NCBI GenBank assembly: GCA_040758355.1
Contig: JBFLWF010000001.1
Span: forward strand, 177,442 to 241,441
Direction of reading: 5' to 3'
Source of the DNA: Nitrospirota bacterium
GTDB taxonomy: Bacteria; Nitrospirota; Thermodesulfovibrionia; Thermodesulfovibrionales; Dissulfurispiraceae
Length of the DNA: 64,000 bases
The position numbers and the translations under genes were made by a program. Positions 44,278-54,542 of this stretch are shown here, in pieces (position 1 is the first letter of the stretch; every line of letters begins with the position of its first letter). The notes beneath the pieces were generated by a model, which saw only the letters and a list, made by a program, of their open reading frames with translations, was not told the origin of the DNA and searched no databases.

Positions 44278-44420
44278 CTTTGAAGTGTTTTTTCTTCTTC
44301 TTTTAATGCCTTTTCCATGAGTTTTCTCTTCTTGGATGGCACGACCTTTCCTTTCAAGGATGATACAGGAATCTTTTCTCTGGAAGACTTTTTGATTAAT
44401 TTTATGGTTTCTTTTTTCAT
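44274..44420 (-). CDS. Small basic protein (48 aa, MKKETIKLIKKSSREKIP..), absent from the ORF track
   Basis: Open frame between tRNA-Leu and ligase; its TGA overlaps the ligase ATG (ATGA). Confidence 0.55.
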   Translation of the reverse strand: MKKETIKLIKKSSREKIPVSSLKGKVVPSKKRKLMEKALKEEEKTLQR

Positions 44421-44473
44421 TTTTCAGGAAAATGAAATATCCCTAAAAAGTCTCCGACTTTTTAGGGCTGCAA

Positions 44474-44557
44474 TGCCGAAGGCGGGAGTCGAACCCGCAC
44501 GGCCTTTCGACCACTAGACCCTGAACCTAGCGCGTCTGCCAATTCCGCCACTTCGGC
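44474..44557 (-). tRNA. tRNA-Leu(CAG); CCA not encoded
   Basis: GCCGAAG acceptor stem, D-loop TTGGCA, anticodon loop TTCAGGG, long variable arm, GGTTCGACTCC. Confidence 0.97.
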
Positions 44558-44612
44558 TGGTTTTATTTTACCATAAATCTTATAAATGAGGATGTGTTAA
44601 AATATTCAGACT

Positions 44613-46304
44613 ATGGAAATAACGACCCCTAATTTTATTCGCAATATTGTCGCAGAAGACGTGGCTGCAGGAAAGCATGGCGGCAAGGTAATTACAAGAT
44701 TCCCGCCTGAACCGAACGGCTATCTGCACATAGGGCACGCCAAATCCATATGCCTTAACTTCGGTCTTGCTGCCGAATTCGGCGGTATCTGCAATCTCAG
44801 ATTTGATGATACAAATCCAAGCAAAGAGGAACAGGAATATGTTGACTCGATAATTGAGGATGTCCGCTGGCTGGGCTTTGACTGGGGAGACAGGCTTTAT
44901 TATGCATCTGACTATTTTGACAAGCTGTACGAATGGGCAGTGCAGTTAATAAAAATGGGCAAGGCATATGTCTGCGACCTGAGTGCCGAAGAAATACGGG
45001 AATACCGCGGAACCTTGACAGAACCCGGAAAAGAGAGCCCTTATCGCAACCGCTCAGTGGAGGAAAACCTCGACCTCTTTGAGCGTATGCGTAAAGGGGA
45101 GTTTCCAGACGGCTTAAAAACCTTGCGCGCAAAGATCGATATGTCATCAGGCAATATCAATATGCGCGACCCTGTGATGTACCGCGTCAAACACGAGGAT
45201 CACCACCGCACAGGGAACAAATGGTGCATATACCCTATGTATGATTATGCACACGGACAGAGCGATTCCATAGAGGGCGTTACGCATTCCATATGCACGA
45301 TGGAGTATGAAGACCACAGGCCTTTGTACGACTGGTTTTTAGACCAGTTGAATGTATTTCATCCACAACAGATTGAGTTTGCACGCCTGAACTTAAGCCA
45401 TACTGTATTAAGCAAGAGAAGGCTTTTAAAACTGGTGAATGAGGGATATGTCAAAGGATGGAATGACCCGAGGATGCCGACCCTTGCAGGCATGAGAAGG
45501 CGAGGATACACGCCTGATGCAATCAGAAATTTCTGCAACCGCATCGGCATTGCCAAAAAAGAAAGCCTCGTGGATATGGGACTCCTTGAGTATTGCGTGC
45601 GCGAGCATTTAAACAAGGTTGCTCCAAGGGTAATGGCTGTGCTGCGCCCGCTTAAGGTTGTAATTACAAACTATCCTGATGTTTGGCCTGAAGGTCAGGA
45701 AGAATACCTCGATGCAATAAACAACCCCGAAGACCCGAATGCAGGGACAAGAAAGGTTCCATTCTCAAAGGTGCTTTATATAGAAAAAGACGACTTCATG
45801 GAAACCCCTCCAAAGCAATTCTTTCGTCTCGCTCCAGGACGTGAAGTAAGGCTGAGGTATGCCTATTTCATTAAATGCGAGAATGTTGTGAAGGATGAAA
45901 ACGGAGAGATAGTCGAACTCCACTGCACCTATGATCCTGCCACAAGGGGCGGCGATGCGCCTGATGGCCGAAAGGTCAAGGCAACGCTGCACTGGGTCTC
46001 TGCTCCTCATGCCATCGAAGCCGAAGTCAGGCTTTATGACCACCTCTTTGTTAAAGAAGATCCAAACGATGTTGAAGAAGGTAAAGATTTCACGGATTAC
46101 ATAAATCCAAAATCCCTCGAAGTGCTGAAATCATGCAAGCTTGAGCCTTCCTTGAAAGACGCAAAACCCGGAGACAGGTTCCAGTTCGAGCGCCTTGGCT
46201 ATTTCTGCGTTGACACAGTTGATTCAACACCGGGAAAACCTGTCTTCAACCGCATCGTTACCCTGAAAGACGAATGGACAAAGATTCAGAAGGGGAAGAA
46301 GTAA
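44613..46304 (+). CDS. glnS: Glutamine--tRNA ligase
   Basis: [44 protein letters not shown]. Confidence 0.97.
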   Translation: MEITTPNFIRNIVAEDVAAGKHGGKVITRFPPEPNGYLHIGHAKSICLNFGLAAEFGGICNLRFDDTNPSKEEQEYVDSIIEDVRWLGFDWGDRLYYASDYFDKLYEWAVQLIKMGKAYVCDLSAEEIREYRGTLTEPGKESPYRNRSVEENLDLFERMRKGEFPDGLKTLRAKIDMSSGNINMRDPVMYRVKHEDHHRTGNKWCIYPMYDYAHGQSDSIEGVTHSICTMEYEDHRPLYDWFLDQLNVFHPQQIEFARLNLSHTVLSKRRLLKLVNEGYVKGWNDPRMPTLAGMRRRGYTPDAIRNFCNRIGIAKKESLVDMGLLEYCVREHLNKVAPRVMAVLRPLKVVITNYPDVWPEGQEEYLDAINNPEDPNAGTRKVPFSKVLYIEKDDFMETPPKQFFRLAPGREVRLRYAYFIKCENVVKDENGEIVELHCTYDPATRGGDAPDGRKVKATLHWVSAPHAIEAEVRLYDHLFVKEDPNDVEEGKDFTDYINPKSLEVLKSCKLEPSLKDAKPGDRFQFERLGYFCVDTVDSTPGKPVFNRIVTLKDEWTKIQKGKK

Positions 46305-46319
46305 GACTACAGGTGTTGT

Positions 46320-46802
46320 ATGAAAACCTACGAGTATATTAACGATTTCATGTATTTTATGATAAGGCCTGATAAAAGCAGAGGCGATGGTGCATTCATC
46401 TATTGTTCCGGCGTTAATTTGTTTCGTTTCCTCCCCATTACAAAGGGGCGGCATGGTCTTGGCTCAAATCCTGCCATGAGGGGGCTTCAACTTGTAAATA
46501 TGGGTATCAGGAACATGGCACTGTCAAAAGGAGCAACTCCAAAGGCTATTCGAGGAGATTACTGTGCAGGAATCGCTCCCACAAAAGAGAGCTGGTATGG
46601 AGAGCTTTTGCTTATAGAAAATGCCCCTGATTCATTTCCTGAAGATATTATCAATTACGGTGTTATTAACCTTCTGAAAAAAATTACAAAAGCCTGTATG
46701 CTTCAAGATGCTAATCCGCCTGACAGACTGCTTGAGCCAAAGGAGCTTCAGGGTTTTATAGAAGCCCTGTGCAGCAGATATGGCGGGGATAAGCGTAACT
46801 GA
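46320..46802 (+). CDS. Hypothetical protein
   Basis: 160-aa ORF directly after glnS; no recognised motif. Confidence 0.65.
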   Translation: MKTYEYINDFMYFMIRPDKSRGDGAFIYCSGVNLFRFLPITKGRHGLGSNPAMRGLQLVNMGIRNMALSKGATPKAIRGDYCAGIAPTKESWYGELLLIENAPDSFPEDIINYGVINLLKKITKACMLQDANPPDRLLEPKELQGFIEALCSRYGGDKRN

Positions 46803-46819
46803 CACAGGGATAAACGAAT

Positions 46820-46870
46820 TTACCTGCACTCCCCAATCCGCTTTCCGCTCATGTGTTGCGTCATCTTCAT
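46820..46870 (-). repeat. 51-bp direct repeat copy 1 (encodes MKMTQHMSGKRIGECR*)
   Basis: Homologous to 53758-53808 and 54543-54599. Confidence 0.85.
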
Positions 46871-47050
46871 CTTGTCGTTCAAATATTATTTATCAATTAA
46901 TAAAATATGCTTGACAAATTAATCAAATGATGTTAGCTTAAAAGCAGAAAGAAATATATACAGGGGGACTGCTTTGGATGAACTAAGGCAGAAAATCAGG
47001 AAATTCCTCATATCCCCTCTGCTTTCCGTGCAAAGAAAGGAGTGATTAAA

Positions 47051-48049
47051 GTGAAAGGCATATGTCCTTTTTGCGAAGCAGAACGAGATATCGAACCTGT
47101 CAAGACCCGTGAACTTATCAAGGTTCGCGGAGAAGCAATCGATGTTGAGGCGCATTATTTGAAATGCGCAGCATGCGGCAATACTTTCGAAGATCCTCGT
47201 TCCGACCACGACCCTCTTGATCTGGCGTATAGGGAATATCGTAAACGCCACAGCATGACTCAACCCGAGGAGATAAGGGAATTTCGGAAAAGATACGGTC
47301 TGACGCAAGGCGAACTCAGCAAGATTCTCGGCTGGGGCATTGCCACGCTCAACCGTTACGAAAACGGCGCTCTTCAGGATGATGCCCATGAGAAGACCCT
47401 GCGCCTTGCTATGCAGCCAGAAAATTTTTTGCGCCTCATAGAAGAGACGCCGGATGCTTTGAGCAAAGAGAAAAGGGAGCGCCTTGTAAAAGAGCTTCGT
47501 GCCGAAGAAGAAGACGCTCTGTCTTTTGAGAGAATATTCGAGGTACAGTTCGGTAGATACGAGCCTGACAAATTCAGCGGTTACAGAAAACTTGACCTTG
47601 CAAAACTTTTTAATGCGATTCTGTTTTTCTGCAAAGGGAAAGGCGCTGTCAAGACAAAACTGAATAAGCTTTTGTTTTATGCCGACTTTAAGCATTTCAA
47701 GGAATACGCTGTTTCCATAACCGGCGCGCGCTATGCGCATGTGCCCTTCGGCCCGGCGCCCGACAATTTCAACCACTATTTCGCAGTGCTTATAGGTAAC
47801 GATTCGCTGGCAGTCGAGGAAATAGAATATGCGGATAATGCTGTGGGTGAAAAGTTCATATCCGTAAAACAACCCGATTTGACGATATTCTCCGACAGCG
47901 AACTGAAAATTCTTTCCTCTGTGAAGGAATATTTCAAAGACTTCACCGCCACCAGAATTACCAAATTCTCGCATGAGGAAGACGGATATAAGGAAACCGG
48001 AACCGGAGAAATGATATCGTATAAATATGCGGAAAGATTGAAGGTGTAA
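47051..48049 (+). CDS. MqsA-type Zn-finger/HTH antitoxin fused to a DUF4065 (Panacea/SocA-like) domain
   Basis: CPFC..CAAC, IR..R...GLTQ..L...LG.G..T..RYE.G, KTKLNKLLFYADF..ITG..Y...P.GP..SH.E; GTG 8 nt after AAGGAG; TTGACA-17-TAGCTT promoter at 46911-46939. Confidence 0.8.
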   Translation: MKGICPFCEAERDIEPVKTRELIKVRGEAIDVEAHYLKCAACGNTFEDPRSDHDPLDLAYREYRKRHSMTQPEEIREFRKRYGLTQGELSKILGWGIATLNRYENGALQDDAHEKTLRLAMQPENFLRLIEETPDALSKEKRERLVKELRAEEEDALSFERIFEVQFGRYEPDKFSGYRKLDLAKLFNAILFFCKGKGAVKTKLNKLLFYADFKHFKEYAVSITGARYAHVPFGPAPDNFNHYFAVLIGNDSLAVEEIEYADNAVGEKFISVKQPDLTIFSDSELKILSSVKEYFKDFTATRITKFSHEEDGYKETGTGEMISYKYAERLKV

Positions 48050-48121
48050 AAATTTGTTGATGCTTTGCTAAAATATGCTATTCTTTTTAAAGCTAATTTA
48101 TCCTTTCTTCTAAGGTGATAA

Positions 48122-50350
48122 ATGGAAACTCTGCATTTTACTGTTGATAGTGCTTTGCTGAGCGAACTCGGCGAAAAACTGGTTGAAACAGTGCATCTTG
48201 CATTGGTCGAACTGGTAAAAAACTCCTATGATGCCGATGCCACTGAGGTTAAAGTGTGCTTTACAGAAGATACAGACGGCAATCCAGAAATTCATATTAT
48301 TGACAACGGCATAGGTATGAATCTCGATGAAGTTAAGCAATATTGGATGCGTATTGCTACCACCAACAAATCTATCGACAGCGTATCTCCTTTGTATGGC
48401 AGACCAAGAACAGGATCAAAAGGCATAGGAAGGTTCTGCTGCCGCCGGCTTGGTAAAAAGCTCAAACTGATAACCACAGGCAAAAAGAATCACGGATATG
48501 AAAAAACGGTAGTTGAATTTCCATGGAGCGATTTTAAACCGGGAAGCACTGTGACCGATATAGAATGTCCTGGCGAACAAATTCTTTCAGAGAAAGGCTT
48601 TACGGGAACCACTCTGATAATCAGTGATCTCCTTGATGAATGGAATTATAGAGGATACGCTTTTCTAAAACGTCAATTAGCGGTTTTAGTTGCTAATAGA
48701 GGTACTCGGAGAGAAGGTTATAAAGAAGATCCAGGATTTAATATCATCCTTGAGGCTCCACAGTTTGAAGGCGGTACAAGAAATCTAAGGGATGATCTTA
48801 TAAATGCTGGATGGGGGACATTGACAGCTTATGTTAACAGTAAGCATCAAGCTGTTTGCGAGCTTAACGCGAAGGATATTGGTCGTAAAACAATAATATC
48901 TAAACAAACCTTCCCTCATCTTAATGATGTATCTTTAACAATTGGGATATTAGTCGACACAAGAGATCAGCTTCGTGATACCAGTGTGCTTTCATTAGGC
49001 AGTTTGCGTCAGATTTTATCTGAGTGGGGCGGGGTCCAAGTTAAACATAAGGCGTTTAGGGTTTATCCCTATGGGGATGATGATTGGTTGGATATCGATC
49101 GTGATCGTGGATTAAGAAAAACTACCCCACAAGATGAATTATATGCATTTGCCAGCACGCTTAAAGGCGTTGATCCAGGTAGAGCCTTATTAAATATGCT
49201 CTCTATGAGGAGTTATGTTGGGCATGTAGAAGTCGGCTTAAAAGCTAAGGGATTTGAAATGAAGGCCAACCGAGAGGGATTTATAAAATCCCAGTCTGTC
49301 GATGAACTTAAAGATTTTGTGCGTTTTGCAATCGATTGGGCAACTATAAATCGTGATTATTACATTAGGATGAAAGCAAAGGAAGACGCAGAAACAGCAC
49401 GTGTAACTTTAGAGGAAATTATTGATGAAAAAATAGAGCCTGGGAAAATCGTGCAAAGCGCGGTAGATTATTTGCAAAAAGAAGTAAAAACCATTGTTTC
49501 TATACTGCCAGCACCACAGAGAAGAGAAATTGAAAAGTCATTTAGTAAAGCTACAGAAGCCATTCTTAAGCATGAGCAATCGAACAAGGAAGAACTGCGG
49601 CATCTTCGTCTTGTTGCCTCCACATCTACACTTCTGCTGATTTTTTCTCACGAGGTTAAATCTCTGTTAGGTCTTTTAGAGAATGACCAAGTGGCATTAG
49701 CGACCATCGAGAACAAACTTTCAGGACAGGATCGTAAACTTATAAAGGAAATACGCGATGGACTTGCTGAGTCTAAAGTTCGATTTGATGAATTATTAGG
49801 TATGACATCCTTAATAGGTATCGACAGTAGAAACGCTGTGCTTGGCAAACTTGCTCTACGAGAGAGACTTGAGAGGGCAGAAAAAACATTCAGGTTAATA
49901 ATTAACCGGTATAACATTAATGTTGATTACAAAAATGTTCCAAACAATATAGTGATCAATAATATTCTTGAAGCTGAACTCTATACTATACTGCTTAATG
50001 CGCTTTCAAATTCCATTAAATCAGTTATAGCCTGTGGGGGAGATAAGAAAATAAAAATCACTGCTGAAAGGCATGCCAATAAAACAGTAATTAGCATCAT
50101 GGATACCGGTTTGGGGATTGATCCAGAATACTATGATGATGTATTTGTTCCATTCATAGCCGATCCAGAAGGCAAACTTTACAAACATCTCAACAAAAAA
50201 CTTAACCCTGAAGATAAATATATTGTTGGAACCGGCAGTGGCTTGGGGTTGGGCATAGTAAAAGAAATTGTTCAGGTACGTAACGGAGAAATCGCTTTCA
50301 TTAAACCAGAAGGGGAATGGAAAGCAAAATTGGAGATAAAACTGCCATGA
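48122..50350 (+). CDS. MORC/GHKL-type ATPase fused to a C-terminal histidine kinase module
   Basis: ELVKNSYDADA, DNGIGM, GSKGIGRF, GTTL; then FSHEVK H-box, NALSNSIK, DTGLGI, GSGLGL. Confidence 0.85.
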   Translation: METLHFTVDSALLSELGEKLVETVHLALVELVKNSYDADATEVKVCFTEDTDGNPEIHIIDNGIGMNLDEVKQYWMRIATTNKSIDSVSPLYGRPRTGSKGIGRFCCRRLGKKLKLITTGKKNHGYEKTVVEFPWSDFKPGSTVTDIECPGEQILSEKGFTGTTLIISDLLDEWNYRGYAFLKRQLAVLVANRGTRREGYKEDPGFNIILEAPQFEGGTRNLRDDLINAGWGTLTAYVNSKHQAVCELNAKDIGRKTIISKQTFPHLNDVSLTIGILVDTRDQLRDTSVLSLGSLRQILSEWGGVQVKHKAFRVYPYGDDDWLDIDRDRGLRKTTPQDELYAFASTLKGVDPGRALLNMLSMRSYVGHVEVGLKAKGFEMKANREGFIKSQSVDELKDFVRFAIDWATINRDYYIRMKAKEDAETARVTLEEIIDEKIEPGKIVQSAVDYLQKEVKTIVSILPAPQRREIEKSFSKATEAILKHEQSNKEELRHLRLVASTSTLLLIFSHEVKSLLGLLENDQVALATIENKLSGQDRKLIKEIRDGLAESKVRFDELLGMTSLIGIDSRNAVLGKLALRERLERAEKTFRLIINRYNINVDYKNVPNNIVINNILEAELYTILLNALSNSIKSVIACGGDKKIKITAERHANKTVISIMDTGLGIDPEYYDDVFVPFIADPEGKLYKHLNKKLNPEDKYIVGTGSGLGLGIVKEIVQVRNGEIAFIKPEGEWKAKLEIKLP

Positions 50351-51339
50351 CAAAGAAACAAAAACTTTTTTTTATGTGGATTGATGATGAATCTGAAAGG
50401 GACCGTGCTGCTGAGAACTTAGAGAGACTATTGCACGTAGATGTGGAGTTCAAAGATGTTCGCGGCAAAAACTTAATAACTGAATTACATAATATCCTTG
50501 GTGGTATTAAACCCGATTTAATTCTTATTGACCATAGATTAGACAAAGTATTGGCTGACAGCGTTGTTGAAACCGGATCTTCCGTAGCGGAGATAATCCG
50601 CGAAAAATGGCCAGCCTGTCCGATTGTTTGTGTAACGGCTGCAAGGTCTGAAGATGTTGATTTGCATAAAAAATCGATATATGAAGACTTATATGAATAC
50701 CCCCAATTATCCGAACATTATCCATCTCTTTTGTCTATTGCAGAGTCGTACCGTCATTTAATACAAAAACGTCCTCAAAATAATGAAGACCTAATAAAGT
50801 CCATCAAACCGCCAGCCGACGATAAGAATCGACTGATCACAATCATGCCTGAAAATATTAAGCAGAATTATAATGATAATAGTTTGCTATTTAATATTTC
50901 CAAATGGGTCAGGCATGTTTTGATGTCAAAACCTGGGTTTTTATATGACCAATTGTGGACAGCTACACTGCTCGGATTAAAAGCGAACAGCTTTAATAAG
51001 GTCAAAAACATTTTTGACAAAGCCAAGTATAGAGGAATTTTTGCTGATACAAGCAAAGAAAGATGGTGGCAGACAGGAGTAAGGCAGATACTTTATTCAC
51101 GATTTTCTAATGAAACTTCATCTTATCCATGGCTACTTGGAAGAAAACTGTCGGGAATCACAAAGCGCGACTATAGTATTTGCCATGTATGCCACAAAGA
51201 ATTGCCGGATACCGTTGGCTATACAGATGAAGCAGCGAAAACACCAGTCCCAATGCACAGAAGATGCTCAATAACGCATCCAGCTTTTGAGAGTTCTTTG
51301 TACGTTGAAGAAATAAGGATGATGAAGGCCGCTGAATGA
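50347..51339 (+). CDS. Response-regulator receiver domain + uncharacterised C-terminal domain with CxxC..HxxC
   Basis: WIDDE, PDLILIDHRL, PIVCVTA; CHVC..HRRC; ATGA overlap with the kinase gene. Confidence 0.75.
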   Translation: MTKKQKLFFMWIDDESERDRAAENLERLLHVDVEFKDVRGKNLITELHNILGGIKPDLILIDHRLDKVLADSVVETGSSVAEIIREKWPACPIVCVTAARSEDVDLHKKSIYEDLYEYPQLSEHYPSLLSIAESYRHLIQKRPQNNEDLIKSIKPPADDKNRLITIMPENIKQNYNDNSLLFNISKWVRHVLMSKPGFLYDQLWTATLLGLKANSFNKVKNIFDKAKYRGIFADTSKERWWQTGVRQILYSRFSNETSSYPWLLGRKLSGITKRDYSICHVCHKELPDTVGYTDEAAKTPVPMHRRCSITHPAFESSLYVEEIRMMKAAE

Positions 51340-52067
51340 AAAGTAGCATAGCTGTTTGTAAAATCAATAATGGCTATCCCACTCCAGCAGAGCTTATCAG
51401 TTGTGAAATCAACACATTACAGTATTTTAGAGATACAACTTCGTTTTGCAAGTCCTTCACAGCGTTATATAGCGATTCTTATAACTTTCTTGCAAAATAT
51501 CACGATCAAATAAAAAACAAGAGTCTTCGAGCGGTTAGGTTTGAATCACAAATCGATGATATTAGGATAAATACAAAGCCCGGCACTGCGCATATTGGCG
51601 TTATAATTACTCAGAAAGATTCAAAAACTTATGATCAATTAAGTTACTATATTGCAATTAGTGATAATAGTGATCCAGAAGCATATTACATCAGAAAATT
51701 CCATTTTGATTACACCCTCATTGACCCTGCACGAAAACAGCCACATCCCATCTTTCATTTACAATACCCTGGTGAGTTTTCTGAGCGACTACGAAATTCT
51801 AATATCAAACATGAGCATTTGGCTGAATGGCTGTCAGAACCCAGATTGCCATTTAGCCCGATGTCTCTTGCATTATTAGTAAACCTTGTATTCAAAGAAT
51901 TTCCAAATGAGAATACACATAATGTAATTGAAGATAGTCGTTGGAGAGATTTAATCCGAAAAAATGAAAAACTGCTCCTTGAACCGTATTATAAAAATTG
52001 CCATAATTTTATTTCTCAGAGATCACCGGACATGCTAATAACAAACGATTTCTATTATGGTCTATAA
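51336..52067 (+). CDS. Hypothetical protein, DUF2290-like motif pattern
   Basis: KFHFDY..PHPIFHLQ..G..PRLP..PM; ATGA overlap. Confidence 0.5.
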   Translation: MKSSIAVCKINNGYPTPAELISCEINTLQYFRDTTSFCKSFTALYSDSYNFLAKYHDQIKNKSLRAVRFESQIDDIRINTKPGTAHIGVIITQKDSKTYDQLSYYIAISDNSDPEAYYIRKFHFDYTLIDPARKQPHPIFHLQYPGEFSERLRNSNIKHEHLAEWLSEPRLPFSPMSLALLVNLVFKEFPNENTHNVIEDSRWRDLIRKNEKLLLEPYYKNCHNFISQRSPDMLITNDFYYGL

Positions 52068-53607
52068 AAACATATCCGACATAAAACGCAATGGTGTTTA
52101 TTATACTCCTCCTCATCTTGCTGAGTTTTTAGCCAAGCCGCTCGTTAATAGAGCAGATATCTCTGTATTTGACCCTGCTTATGGCGATGGGTCTCTTTTA
52201 TTAGCAGCTGAAAACATAATGCGGCGAAAAAATTCCCCCCACAAATATGGTCGAAATTTTTATGGCTGCGACAGATCGCCTGTCAACGGTTTATTAAAAC
52301 ACTTGCCAAGCTCTAATCTTATGGAGATAGATTTTTTTGAATATCCGGCAGAGAGAAAATTTGATATTATTTTAATGAATCCCCCATATGTTAGACATCA
52401 CCTTATTGATGACGCTAAAAGACAAAAATATCAGAAGATTATTTCAAAACAATGCAGACTGAAGCTATCGTCAGACCTATGGGCTTACTTTCTCATAAAG
52501 TCCACAACGCATTTAAAAGTAGGTGGAAAGATTGGTGCCATTTTACCATGGTCGTTCTTACAAGCCGGTTATGCATCTGATGTTAGAGCATGGCTTGCAG
52601 ACAATTTTGAAAAAATACAAGTTCTCGTACTTAACTCCGAGTATTTTGATAATGCGCAAGAACGAGTCGTATTAGTGTGGTTGGAAAATTACGGACAAAC
52701 AGTACGATCTATACGGATGGCATTTTCTCAGCATATTAGCGACGATGTATCATACTTCGATTTGAATAGAACAAACTGGACATCTTACACTGTTTTATTC
52801 TCCTCTGATTTTGATATTGAATCAATTCTTGTCAAATACATCGAACGATATGATTTTCAGCGATTTGGTGAATTAGCAACTATTAGGATAGGAGTTGTTA
52901 CAGGCGCTGATGATTATTTCATTATTAGTCCTACCGATGCACAAAAGTATGGCTTTTCAAAGAGCCAGCTAATACCAATCTTTACATCATCAAAACAGTT
53001 TTCTGGGCTTTTCCTTAATGGGAACAGACCACCAAAAAATTTATTAAGACTTTCATTGGAATGCTATAAAAACCATAAAGACTACATTATAAAAGGAATA
53101 AAAGAACGATATCATCTTAGAGCACATTCTGTCCGTAGAAACCCATGGTATTCTGTAGATGTAGGCCCAACACCACATGCTTTTTTCCCTTATCGTGCAA
53201 CCTTGATCCCACATTTAATATTAAATGATCGACATGCACAGTGCACAAATTCCATACATCGTATTTATTTTAACAACTTGTCTCAAAATGCCATAAAGTG
53301 GATTCAAATAAGCTTATTGTCTGTTCCTGGCCAGCTATCATTAGAAGCATATTCGAAGATTTATGGAAATGGTGTATTAAAAATTGAACCGAGCTCTTTA
53401 AAAAAATCGATTGTTTTCAAAAGTGATGCCGCGGAAATAAATTCAGTTTATACTAAAATTTCTGAAATGATTTCTTTAGGACAGAAGAAGGAGGCTATGA
53501 AGATTGCAACCGACTTTATTGATAATCAGTTGGATATACCTATCAGGGTCTCAAAAAGGGCATATGCAGCACTGCATGAACTTCAGAGCCGTAGATTAGA
53601 AAGATAA
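52057..53607 (+). CDS. N6-adenine DNA methyltransferase with C-terminal target-recognition region
   Basis: G.YYTP, DPAYGDG (SAM), NPPYVR, IG.VTGAD.YF, G.G.LK.EP. Confidence 0.9.
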   Translation: MVYKNISDIKRNGVYYTPPHLAEFLAKPLVNRADISVFDPAYGDGSLLLAAENIMRRKNSPHKYGRNFYGCDRSPVNGLLKHLPSSNLMEIDFFEYPAERKFDIILMNPPYVRHHLIDDAKRQKYQKIISKQCRLKLSSDLWAYFLIKSTTHLKVGGKIGAILPWSFLQAGYASDVRAWLADNFEKIQVLVLNSEYFDNAQERVVLVWLENYGQTVRSIRMAFSQHISDDVSYFDLNRTNWTSYTVLFSSDFDIESILVKYIERYDFQRFGELATIRIGVVTGADDYFIISPTDAQKYGFSKSQLIPIFTSSKQFSGLFLNGNRPPKNLLRLSLECYKNHKDYIIKGIKERYHLRAHSVRRNPWYSVDVGPTPHAFFPYRATLIPHLILNDRHAQCTNSIHRIYFNNLSQNAIKWIQISLLSVPGQLSLEAYSKIYGNGVLKIEPSSLKKSIVFKSDAAEINSVYTKISEMISLGQKKEAMKIATDFIDNQLDIPIRVSKRAYAALHELQSRRLER

Positions 53608-53757
53608 TTCATGATTTTTTCCAATGAAAATGTGAGATGAAAGAAAGCAACAGTGGTAGGAGGAGTACCGCTCGCATCTACCCCCAAATATCCCTGTAGT
53701 CTTAATCGACCTCTTTGTAGAGATTGTCAAAGTTTCTTATGTGATCTCTGGATCCCC

Positions 53758-53808
53758 CTACCTGCACTCCCCTATTCTCTCCCCGCTCATGCGCTGTGTC
53801 ATCTTCAT
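53758..53808 (-). repeat. 51-bp direct repeat copy 2 (encodes MKMTQRMSGERIGECR*)
   Basis: Read directly. Confidence 0.85.
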
Positions 53809-53840
53809 CTTGCCCTGTCCCGGCTGGTTGATTTAGTCTG

Positions 53841-54248
53841 TTAATTTATATAAGCCGCAAGGCTTTCCACCTTTAAGCCTGAATGCTTCGCAATTGTATC
53901 GAAATGCGAGTCTGCGTGCAAAAGGATAGCCTTTTCCTGTATGGCTAAAGCTGCGATAAGGATGTCGGTATAGGGGACATTTACTCCTTTTCTTTTCAAA
54001 TCAAATGCAAGTTTCGATGCGCTATCCCACAGGGATTTGGTCGTTTCAATATAATGAAGGGCGTCAAGCCTGCTTTTAAGCCTCTCATATTCTTTTTCTG
54101 TTTTAGCACCGCCTAAAAGCTCAAGCGCAATAATTCCATTGATTGCAACATCGCTTTCCGTGAGGATCTGTTCGATTCTTTCTTTTACAAAGGGATGGAA
54201 ATTCTTTTTAAGGGCAAATATCCATGCAGATGTATCGATAAGCACCAT
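53841..54248 (-). CDS. vapC: VapC PIN-domain toxin
   Basis: VLIDTS.WI, EL..GA, D.LIAA.A, L.H.D.HF. Confidence 0.92.
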   Translation of the reverse strand: MVLIDTSAWIFALKKNFHPFVKERIEQILTESDVAINGIIALELLGGAKTEKEYERLKSRLDALHYIETTKSLWDSASKLAFDLKRKGVNVPYTDILIAALAIQEKAILLHADSHFDTIAKHSGLKVESLAAYIN

Positions 54249-54250
54249 GC

Positions 54251-54469
54251 CTATTTTTCAGCCCTTTTCTTTTTTAATTCCTCTAAAGAAAGGTCAATAT
54301 CGAATGTCCCGAGTTCTTGCCTGAGAAGTTCCCGATTTTTCATCCGGAGGAGTTCTCTCAATCCTTTCTCAATGACCTCTTTTTTTGTTTTAAGGCTTGT
54401 TGCACGGAGGGCCTCTTTTATTAATGTGTCATCTATTAGGACAGTTGTCTTTCCCATATACATCTCCAT
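54251..54469 (-). CDS. vapB: VapB antitoxin
   Basis: KTT..IDD.L..EA......TKKE.I..GL; immediately upstream of vapC. Confidence 0.88.
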   Translation of the reverse strand: MEMYMGKTTVLIDDTLIKEALRATSLKTKKEVIEKGLRELLRMKNRELLRQELGTFDIDLSLEELKKKRAEK

Positions 54470-54542
54470 AAGGCATATTATAATACATATTATGATACAT
54501 CTAAAGGATATGTCAAATATAAAAATATTTAGCCACTCAACT

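Noticed and set aside
44474..44557. tRNA-Leu or tmRNA as the attachment site of the island
   Set aside because: No duplicated tRNA or tmRNA 3' end and no integrase found; glnS separates the tRNA from the island
46795..46885. Integron attC site, or integrase HxLRH remnant (plus-frame SAHVLRH)
   Set aside because: No RYYYAAC..GTTRRRY palindrome, no intI in the window, and the Arg is not kept in the other two copies
46919..47974. 351-aa minus-strand ORF as a hidden toxin
   Set aside because: Fully antisense to the antitoxin gene, with no recognisable motif; most likely a shadow ORF
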